Positions 56,900 through 64,000 of a stretch of 64,000 nucleotides of DNA are shown one piece after another (the first letter of the stretch is position 1; each line of letters begins with the position of its first letter). The position numbers and the translations under genes are program-made. The stretch is from an uncultured Pseudomonadota bacterium (GTDB lineage Bacteria; Myxococcota; Myxococcia; Myxococcales; Anaeromyxobacteraceae). The notes under the pieces are model-generated. The model did not search any database and was not told the origin of the DNA. It worked only from the letters and a program-made list of their open reading frames with translations. The stretch is from positions 246,941 through 310,940 of the forward strand of contig CAVTOU010000013.1 of assembly GCA_963736345.1 (NCBI GenBank). The letters run 5' to 3'.

Positions 56900-58019
56900 A
56901 TGGCCGTCACCGAGAAGCAGCTGAAGGAAACCGGACCCTCGGTACCTCCCGAGCAGCGGCCGCGGAAGAGCCCGTGGAAGTGGACGGTCCAGCTCCTGTC
57001 GGACAACGCCATCTTCGCGGCCATGGTGGTGGTGGTGCTGGTCATCGCTGCCTACGCCTGGTACGCGGACCTGGGCTCGTTCCTGACGCTGGGAAACTTC
57101 AAGAACGTCCTGATCCACAACTCGACCCGCGCTGATCGTGGCCATGGGCGCGGCCTTCGCGATCTTGACCGCCGGCGCCGACCTCTCCTCCGGCCGCATG
57201 GTGGGGCTGGCGGCGGTGCTCTCGGCCTCGATGCTGCAGGCCCCCGACTACCTGCGCCTCTTCTACCCGGACCTGTACCAGACGTGGATCTGGACCCATC
57301 TGCCGTGGCTGTCGCTCTGGATCCCCATCCTGGCCGCGGTGGCTGCGTGCGCACTCTTCGGCCTGATCAACGGATGGGTGATCGCGCAGTTCGGCGTCGC
57401 GCCGTTCATCGCCACCCTGGGCGCCTACGCCTGGATCTACGGCGTGAACGGGCTCTACTTCGACAAGGCGCCCAACAACTCCCAGCCCATCGGCGGCCTC
57501 CGCGGCGACTTCACCGCCATCGGCACCGGGGCCATCGACATCGGGCCCATCTCGCTGCCCTACATCGTCCTCATCGCGCTGCTCGTGGCCGTGTTCATGT
57601 GGGTCCTCATGAACAAGACGACGTTCGGCAAGAACGTGTACGCCATCGGCGGCAACGTCAACGCGGCCAAGGTGTCGGGCATCAACGTCTTCAAGACCAT
57701 CGTCGTCATGTACACCATCGCCGGCGCCCTCTACGGGCTCGGCGGCGTCCTCGAGGCGAGCCGGACGGGCGGCGCAACCAACAACTACGGCAACATGTAC
57801 GAGCTCGACGCCATCGCTTCCTGCGTGGTGGGAGGCGTGTCGGTCACGGGCGGCATCGGAACCGTCCCCGGGATCGTGGTGGGCGTGCTCATCTTCGGCG
57901 TCATCAACTACGGTCTCACGTTCGTCGGCGTGAACCCGTACGTGCAGATGATCCTGAAGGGGATCATCATCGTCTCCGCCGTGGCGTTCGACGTCCGGAA
58001 GTACATGGCCAAGAAGTAG
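56900..58019 (+). CDS. mglC: Galactose ABC transporter permease (one frameshift near 57130)
   Basis: GADLSSGRMVGL, PFIATLG, FGKNVYAIGGN, NNYGNMYELDAIASCVVGGVS..GGIG, DVRKY. Confidence 0.9.
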
Positions 58020-58118
58020 CTCCCGGAAAGCTGCTGGCCTGCCGCCTGGATGACCCGTCGGGGGGGCAGGTGCGCAGCATTCCAAGCTTGCGGAAACAGG
58101 CCAAATACCCACATTCAC

Positions 58119-58148
58119 TTGACTTTTCTGGCCTTGCCAGGTTAGATT
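58119..58148 (+). promoter_or_regulatory. Putative sigma70 promoter for an intergenic small RNA
   Basis: TTGACT-N18-TAGATT, with no substantial + strand gene downstream before the terminator. Confidence 0.55.
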
Positions 58149-58154
58149 TCGGCC

Positions 58155-58292
58155 ATGCGACGGGCGGGACCAGGACTCGTGGACCTGATCCGTCGATGAC
58201 GAGGGCAGCCGCTATTACGTGCCAGGGACGGGCGGAAACCGGCAGTCGTCGTCAGCGGGGCCAGGAGGCTCATTCCTGGCCCCGCGTCTTTT
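58155..58292 (+). ncRNA. Candidate ~140-nt small RNA with three consecutive stem-loops
   Basis: Hairpin 1 at 58158-58195, hairpin 2 at 58197-58254, terminator hairpin at 58255-58285 plus U tract, bounded by a promoter. Confidence 0.5.
58255..58292 (+). terminator. Intrinsic terminator
   Basis: 12-bp perfect stem GCGGGGCCAGGA-GGCTCAT-TCCTGGCCCCGC followed by GTCTTTT. Confidence 0.8.
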
Positions 58293-58304
58293 GCGACCGC
58301 CCTG

Positions 58305-59672
58305 CTAGGCCTCCCGCTCCCCGGCCGGAACCGGCGGCAGGTCGTGAGATGCCATGTACACGACGTTCCGGCTGGACCGCTTGCCGCGGTACATGGCGCG
58401 GTCGGCCAGGTCGAGGATCTCGGCCTTGCTCTGGGCGTGCTCCGGGAAGCTGGCCAGGCCGATCGAGCAGGTGACCCGGACCCGCGACCCCTCGCGGGAG
58501 AGGAAGCGGTGGTCCTCGATGGCCCGGCGGATGCGCTCGGCCACCTTGAGGCCGCCGCCGGAGTCGATCCCCACCAGCAGCATGACGTACTCGTCGCCGC
58601 CGTACCGGACCAGGATGTCGTCGTCCCGGACGCAGGAGCGCAGCACCCGGGCCACCTCGACCAGGAGCCGCGACCCGGCCAGGTGTCCGTGCTCGTCGTT
58701 GACCAGCTTGAAGCGGTCGAGGTCCATGAACAGGACCGTGAAGGCGCGGCCGCCCTGCACCTCGCGATCGAGCACCAGATCGAGGTAGCGCGTGTTGTAG
58801 AGGTGGGTGAGGTCGTCCAGGTAGGCGAGGTGCTCGACCTGCTTGAGGCGCCCGAGGTTGTGGAGCGCCAGCCCGAGGTTCCGGCACAGGAACGCCGCCG
58901 CCTCGGCGCCGGGTGCGTCGAGCTCCCCGGCCACCAGCACTGCGATGGCGCCCACCACCCGGCCCTCGTCGCTCACCGGCAGCAGCAGGGCGCGGGGCCC
59001 CAGCTCGGTCAGCTCGCCGGGCAAGAGCTCGACCCGGATCGGCTTCTCGCCCAGGGTGTCCAGGCTTCCCTTGCACAGGCGGAGCAGCTCGGCCCCGAGC
59101 GCGAAGTCGAGGCCCTGCGAGCCGGAGAGGACCCAGTCGCCGCTCGACGCTCGCTCGAACAGCGCCGCGCCGGCGCTGCGGCACGACCCGGCCACGGCCG
59201 AGAGTGCCACCGGCACCAGGGTGTCGCGATCGAGGGTGGCGGCGATGCGCTGGCCGGCCTCGAAGAGCTTGAGGTGGGCGCGCAGCGACTTGTTCTCGTC
59301 GAGCAAGGCCCGGGTGGAGAGGCAGCGCTGCACCGCCAGCTGGAGGCCCTCCGGGGCGACCGGCTTCACCAGGTAGTCGCTGGCCCCCGACTTCATGGCC
59401 CGGACCGCCGGGTCGACCTTGTCCAGGGCGGTGATGACCACCACCTCCAGGTTGGGATCGAGGCCCTTGGCGATGCCCAGCAGATCCAGCCCCGAGGAGC
59501 CCGGCAGGATCACGTCGGTCAGGAGAACGTCGAAGCGCCGCTGCTTGAGCAGCCCCAGCGCCGCCTCGGCGTCCGGCGCCACCTCGACCTCGTACCCGGC
59601 GGTGCGAAGGTAGTCGGAGTAGACGGTTCGCGCAAAGCGCTCGTCGTCGACGAGGAGCACCGACGCGCTCAT
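58305..59672 (-). CDS. REC-GAF-like-GGDEF dinucleotide cyclase, Hypr type (probable 3',3'-cGAMP synthase, GacA-like)
   Basis: LLVDDE...LTDVILP...YLVKP receiver; DDLTHLYN, DLDRFKLVNDEHGHLAGSRLL (Ser where canonical DGCs have Asp), RYGGDEY. Confidence 0.85.
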   Translation of the reverse strand: MSASVLLVDDERFARTVYSDYLRTAGYEVEVAPDAEAALGLLKQRRFDVLLTDVILPGSSGLDLLGIAKGLDPNLEVVVITALDKVDPAVRAMKSGASDYLVKPVAPEGLQLAVQRCLSTRALLDENKSLRAHLKLFEAGQRIAATLDRDTLVPVALSAVAGSCRSAGAALFERASSGDWVLSGSQGLDFALGAELLRLCKGSLDTLGEKPIRVELLPGELTELGPRALLLPVSDEGRVVGAIAVLVAGELDAPGAEAAAFLCRNLGLALHNLGRLKQVEHLAYLDDLTHLYNTRYLDLVLDREVQGGRAFTVLFMDLDRFKLVNDEHGHLAGSRLLVEVARVLRSCVRDDDILVRYGGDEYVMLLVGIDSGGGLKVAERIRRAIEDHRFLSREGSRVRVTCSIGLASFPEHAQSKAEILDLADRAMYRGKRSSRNVVYMASHDLPPVPAGEREA

Positions 59673-59694
59673 CCGACCTGTATATCATGGTGCC

Positions 59695-60465
59695 GTGGAC
59701 CTCCCCTCGGACCGCAAGGCTCTCATCTTCTCCGCCGGCGGCGTCCGACTTGCGCTCCGACTCTCCCACCTGCGCGAGATCATCCCCGCCCCGGCCGAGG
59801 GAGGAGAGATCGTGGCGCGCGGCGAGAGCTACCCCACGGCCTTCGTCTCCACCGTCCTGGGCCTGCCGAACGGCGCCACCCCGTTCGCGCTCCTCACCGA
59901 GGGCACGCCGCGCCTTGCGCTCCGGGTCGAGGCCCTGCACGGGATCATCGATCTCTCCGCGGCCGAGTTCTTCCAGCTGCCGGTGCCCACGCCGCTTCCG
60001 CAGCCGCCACCGTTCTCCGGCGCGGTGGTCTGGCACGGCGAGGTGGCGCTCGAGCTGGCGGTCTCGAGCCTCGGGTTCGCGCCACTCGAGCCGGCGGTGG
60101 AGAACCCGGAGCCGCCCCCGGACATGGGCCCGTTCGCGGAGCGCGAGCTCTGCTTCGCGCGCGCCGGCACCCGCTTCGCCGTCCCGCTCTCGCTGCTCAT
60201 GCAGGTGCTGGAGGGCGCGCGGCTGGCCCCCGTCCCGCTCACCCCGCCCTCGCACCACGGCCTGCTCTACCACGGGCGCTCGCTCCACCCGGTCATCGAT
60301 TTGGCGGTCGCCTACGGCGCAGCCGCCCCCGGCCCATCCCGGACCGTGCTCCTGCTGGATGCGGGTGGCGCCGGTGTGGGCGTGGTGGCGGACCGCGTCC
60401 TGGGGGTGGGGGAAGGCGGGCCCGAGGTCGTCCGTCCGCCCTGGGACACGCTCTTCGGAACGTGA
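59695..60465 (+). CDS. Tandem degenerate CheW-like domain protein
   Basis: LIFSAGGVRLAL.L..LREI and LCFARAGTRFAVPL...VP..P....GLLYHGR...PVIDL...GVVADRVLGV. Confidence 0.75.
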   Translation: MDLPSDRKALIFSAGGVRLALRLSHLREIIPAPAEGGEIVARGESYPTAFVSTVLGLPNGATPFALLTEGTPRLALRVEALHGIIDLSAAEFFQLPVPTPLPQPPPFSGAVVWHGEVALELAVSSLGFAPLEPAVENPEPPPDMGPFAERELCFARAGTRFAVPLSLLMQVLEGARLAPVPLTPPSHHGLLYHGRSLHPVIDLAVAYGAAAPGPSRTVLLLDAGGAGVGVVADRVLGVGEGGPEVVRPPWDTLFGT

Positions 60466-60476
60466 GCGTATCAACG

Positions 60477-60514
60477 GTCGGTCCAGGTCCGGGCCCGGGT
60501 CCACGTCCAGGTTT
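60477..60514. repeat. Degenerate hexamer tandem repeat (GGTCCA/GGTCCG)n, single arm
   Basis: GGTCGGTCCAGGTCCGGGCCCGGGTCCACGTCCAGGTTT; reverse complement of the unit at 5829. Confidence 0.55.
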
Positions 60515-60558
60515 GCCGGCGCTCGCGCCGCCGGAAGCCCTCAAATCCCTGGCAAATC

Positions 60559-60588
60559 TTGACATTCGGGGAATCGCGGCGTTACTGG
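60559..60588 (+). promoter_or_regulatory. Putative sigma70 promoter of romR
   Basis: TTGACA-N17-TTACTG upstream of ATG 60624. Confidence 0.45.
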
Positions 60589-60623
60589 ATACGGCCCCAT
60601 TCCCTCGCGGCCCCGGACGAGCC

Positions 60624-62009
60624 ATGCCCAAGAACCTGCTTCTCGCCGACGACTCCATCACCATCCAGAAGGTCGTGGGCATCACCTTCGCGAACGAGGA
60701 CTACAAGGTCACCTCGGTCGACAACGGTGAGGACGCGATCAACAGGGCCCGCGAGCTCCGGCCCGACGTGATCCTGGCCGACGTCGTCATGCCGCGGAAG
60801 AACGGCTACGAGGTGTGCGAGGCGGTCAAGGGGGATCCCGATCTTCGGCACGATCCCCGTCCTGCTGCTGGCCGGCACCTTCGAGGCGTTCGACGAGGCG
60901 CGCGCGCGCGCGGCGCGCGCCGACGCCCACATCGCCAAGCCGTTCGAGAGCCAGGCGCTCATCAACAAGGTGCGCGAGCTGGTCGAGGGCAAGGCCCCCG
61001 CCGCCGCGGTGTCCGCCATCCCGGTCGCGCGTCCCACCGCCCCTGCTGCGCCCGCTCCCTCCGCCCCACGCCCCGCCGCGCCGGCCGCCGCCCGGCCTCC
61101 CCCGGGCGCACCCGGGCGCCCGCCCGGCCCCGGGATGCCGCCCGGTGCACGTCCGCCCGGCCCCGGGATGCCGCCCGGTGCGCGTCCGCCCGGCCCCGGG
61201 ATGCCCCCGGGCGCCCGCCCGCCCGGCCCCGGCATGCCCCCGGGCGCCCGTCCTCCCGTCGCGGGGATGCCCCCCGGCGCTCGTCCCCCTGGCCCAGGCA
61301 TGCCCGCCGGCGCCCGTCCGCCCGGCCCCGGGATGCTCCCCGGCGGCCGTCCACCGGGCCCCGGGATGCCTCCCGGCGCACGCCCCATGGGCGCGCCTCC
61401 CGTCGCTCGCCCCATGGCCCCGACGCCGATGCCCCGGCCGTCCCCGATGCCAGCCCGCCCGGTTGCGCCCGCTGCCGCACCGAGGCCCACCGCCGCGGCC
61501 CCCCGCCCGTCACCCGCGCCCGCACCGGCCAGGCCCGCGCCCAGGAAGGATCCGTTCGGCCTCGGGGATGCCCCTGCAGCCGCGGCCGCGCCGGCCCCCG
61601 CCGCACCGGAGCCCACGCTCCCGGACCTGAGCTGGGACGACGTGTCCGACGCGCCCGCCGTGCCGCCGCTCGACGTCAGCATCGATGTCGCGCCGGCCGC
61701 CGCCGAGGCCGGCCCCAGCCGGGAGATCGAGCTGCCGGAAGGGCGACGGCGCCGAGCCGGAGCTCGCGCCCATGCATGCCTTCGTGCCGCCGCCCGAGTC
61801 CACCGGCCACAAGCCCGAGGAAGCCGGCGGCGCCGCCGGCGAGGCGCGCGCTGCGCGAGGCGCTGTCCAAGGCGTCCCGCGAGGTCATCGAGCGGGTGGT
61901 ATGGGAGGTCGTACCCCAGCTCGCCGAGACCATCATCCGCGAGAACCTCGACCGGCTCGTCAAGGCGCGGCAAGAAGTAGGCGGCGAAGACGCCTCAGCA
62001 ACAGGCTAA
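60624..62009 (+). CDS. romR: RomR polarity response regulator (REC, Pro-rich linker, RomR C-terminal helix); frameshifted near 60851, 61741 and 61846
   Basis: MPKNLLLADDSITIQKVVGITFA...DVVMPRKNGYEVC, KPFESQALI, C-terminal LREALSKASREVIERVVWEVVPQLAETIIRE. Directly upstream of valS. The true stop may be 61980 or 62009. Confidence 0.88.
   Translation: MPKNLLLADDSITIQKVVGITFANEDYKVTSVDNGEDAINRARELRPDVILADVVMPRKNGYEVCEAVKGDPDLRHDPRPAAGRHLRGVRRGARARGARRRPHRQAVREPGAHQQGARAGRGQGPRRRGVRHPGRASHRPCCARSLRPTPRRAGRRPASPGRTRAPARPRDAARCTSARPRDAARCASARPRDAPGRPPARPRHAPGRPSSRRGDAPRRSSPWPRHARRRPSARPRDAPRRPSTGPRDASRRTPHGRASRRSPHGPDADAPAVPDASPPGCARCRTEAHRRGPPPVTRARTGQARAQEGSVRPRGCPCSRGRAGPRRTGAHAPGPELGRRVRRARRAAARRQHRCRAGRRRGRPQPGDRAAGRATAPSRSSRPCMPSCRRPSPPATSPRKPAAPPARRALREALSKASREVIERVVWEVVPQLAETIIRENLDRLVKARQEVGGEDASATG
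61120..61383 (+). repeat. 33-bp coding tandem repeat x8 (PPGPGMPPGAR)
   Basis: Eight near-identical 11-aa units in the RomR linker. Confidence 0.9.
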
Positions 62010-62010
62010 A

Positions 62011-62064
62011 GGGTACGGGCGACGGGCTACGGGCGGGTGACCCGTGGCCCGTGGCCGCGAGCCC
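62011..62064. repeat. Inverted heptamer arrays (hairpin) between romR and valS
   Basis: GGGTACGGGCGACGGGCTACGGG ... CCCGTGGCCCGTGGCCGCGAGCCC. Confidence 0.65.
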
Positions 62065-62100
62065 TTCCCGGCTCTGGAGATCCAGCTGGAGACACGAACA

Positions 62101-64000
62101 GTGAACGACGAGAACCAGACCGGTCTGGCCAAGGGCTACTCGCACCGGGAGGTCGAGGCGCGCTGGTATCCCTTCTGGCGCGAGCGCGGCTACTTCCACG
62201 GCGACGAGCACGATTCCGACGCGCCCGCCGTTCTCGCATCGTGCTGCCGCCGCCCAACGTGACCGGCTCGCTGCACCTCGGCCACGCGCTCACCGCCACG
62301 CTCCAGGACGTGCTCATCCGCTGGAAGCGCATGAGCGGCTTCAACACGCTGTGGCTCCCGGGCACCGACCACGCCGGCATCGCCACGCAGATGATCGTCG
62401 AGAAGGACCTGCATCAAGACCGAGAGGCAAGACCCGCCACGACCTGGGCCGCGAGGAGTTCCTGCGGCGGGTCTGGGCCTGGAAGGAGCGGTTCGGCTCG
62501 CGCATCGGCGAGCAGCACCAGGCGCTGGGCGCCTCGCTCGACTGGGAGCGCGAGCGCTTCACCATGGACGAGGGGCTCTCCCGGGCGGTGCGCGAGGTCT
62601 TCGTGCGCCTCCACGAGGAGGGGCTCATCTACCGGGAGAAGAAGCTCATCAACTGGTGTCCCCGCTGCCACACCGCCCTCTCGGACCTGGAGGTCGACCA
62701 CGAGGAGGCGCACCAGGGCGAGCTGTGGAGCTTCGCCTACCCGCGTGGCGGACGGCCCCCGGGCGAGATCGTGGTCGCCACCACCCGGCCGGAGACCATG
62801 CTGGGCGACACCGCGGTGGCCGTCCACCCCGACGACGAGCGCTACAAGGCGCTCATCGGCAAGAAGGTCCGCCACCCGCTGGTCGAGCCGCGAGATCCCC
62901 ATCATCGGCGACGCCATCCTGGTCGATCCGGCGTTCGGCACCGGCGCGGTCAAGGTCACGCCCGGCCCACGACTTCAACGACTTCGAGGTCGGGCAAGCG
63001 CCACGCGCTGCGAGATGATCACCGTCATCGGCCTGGACGGGAAGATGACCGCCGCCGCCGGCCCGGTGGCCGGCCATGGACCGCTTCGCGGCCCGCAAGG
63101 AGGTGAAGCGGCTCCTGGCGGAGCAGGGCCTGAGCGCGGGTCGAAGGTCGCACGTCATGCCGCTCGGCGCGCTGCCAGCGCTGCGACACGGTCGCTCGAG
63201 CCGCTCGCTCTCGAACCAGTGGTTCGTGAAGATCGAGCCGCTGGCCCGCCCGGCCATCGAGGCGGTGGAGGAGGGCAAGACCCGAGTTCATCCCCGAGCA
63301 GTGGACCAACACCTACATGGCGTGGATGCGCAACATCCACGACTGGTGCATCAGCCGCCAGCTGTGGTGGGGACACCAGATCCCGGCCTGGTACTGCCCG
63401 GACGGCCACGTCACGGTGGCCCGCCAGGCGCCGGACCGGTGCGCGACCTGCGGGAAGAGCGAGCTGCGCCAGGACGAGGACGTGCTCGACACCTGGTTCT
63501 CCTCCGCGCCTGTGGCCCTTCTCGACCATGGGCTGGCCGGACGAGACCGCGACGCTCCGCACCTTCTACCCGACCTCGGTCATGGAGACCGGGCACGACA
63601 TCATCTTCTTCTGGGTGGCCCGGATGATGATGATGGGCATTCACTTCATGGGCGAGGTGCCCTTCCGGACGGTGTACCTGCACCCCATGGTGCGGGACGA
63701 GAAGGGCGACAAGATGTCGAAGACGAAGGGGAACGTCATCGATCCCCTCGTCATCACCGAGCAGCACGGGGCCGACGCGCTCCGGTTCACGCTGGCCGCC
63801 CTGACGGCGCAGGGGCGCGACATCAAGCTCGCCAAGGAGCGCATCGAGGGCTACCGCGCCTTCGCCAACAAGATCTGGAACGCGAGCCGGTTCGCGCTCA
63901 TGAACCTATCCGGGTACGAGGAGCGGGGAGAGGATCCCGGCCCGCCCCGATCTCTCCCCCGCCGACCGGTGGATCCTGGCCCGGCTGCAGCGGGCGGTGA
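62101..64000 (+). CDS. valS: Valine--tRNA ligase (runs off the window; many indels)
   Basis: [87 protein letters not shown] in alternating frames. Confidence 0.95.

Noticed and set aside
58155..58199. Leaderless 14-aa ORF MRRAGPGLVDLIRR at the predicted sRNA start
   Set aside because: Very short, no recognisable motif and buried in a stable hairpin. Not excluded without Ribo-seq, but unsupported.
58196..58250. GEMM-I (c-di-GMP/cGAMP) riboswitch suggested by minus-strand ATAGCGGCTGCC next to the Hypr cyclase
   Set aside because: The GNRA-tetraloop P2 stem and GCAAA/CTAA elements are missing, and it is not in a 5' leader.
62101..64000. valS (and romR, mglA, mglC) as true pseudogenes or programmed frameshifts
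   Set aside because: valS is essential, the motifs are intact, and the indels are numerous and scattered without slippery sites. Consensus error is more likely.

Overview
Very GC-rich bacterial chromosome segment, most likely from an Anaeromyxobacter-like member of the Myxococcota. The assignment is inferred from the GGDEF-cheW-romR-valS synteny, a solo groEL, and PilZ and AgmX-type proteins. About 50 genes are present. Core genes: moeA, rnr, mutS2, a Clp ATPase, nadD, groEL, valS. Other blocks: a porin-Liv ABC-CBS cluster, several glycosyltransferases, three hybrid histidine kinases (one with about 11 tandem HAMP repeats), and a DeoR-galT-galK-mglBAC galactose block that looks acquired. I found no rRNA, tRNA, CRISPR array, integrase or transposase. 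Single-base indels cluster in three regions (24.3-29.2 kb, 55.5-57.2 kb, 60.8-64 kb) and hit the essential valS, so they are most likely consensus errors. Main observations: (1) a B12/radical SAM gene whose apparent TGA stop reads through as C-U-A-E-P and is followed by a SECIS-like hairpin, i.e. a hidden selenoprotein, sitting behind yggX and facing an ATP-grasp ligase; (2) a Hypr-type GGDEF enzyme (Asp-to-Ser signature, likely 3',3'-cGAMP synthase); (3) facing it, a candidate ~140-nt three-hairpin small RNA with its own promoter and terminator; (4) a 54-aa micro-ORF carrying the N-terminal motif of actinobacterial GalT as a separate gene; (5) a family of intergenic inverted hexamer/heptamer repeat elements. 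All family calls come from motif recognition by eye, with no database searches.
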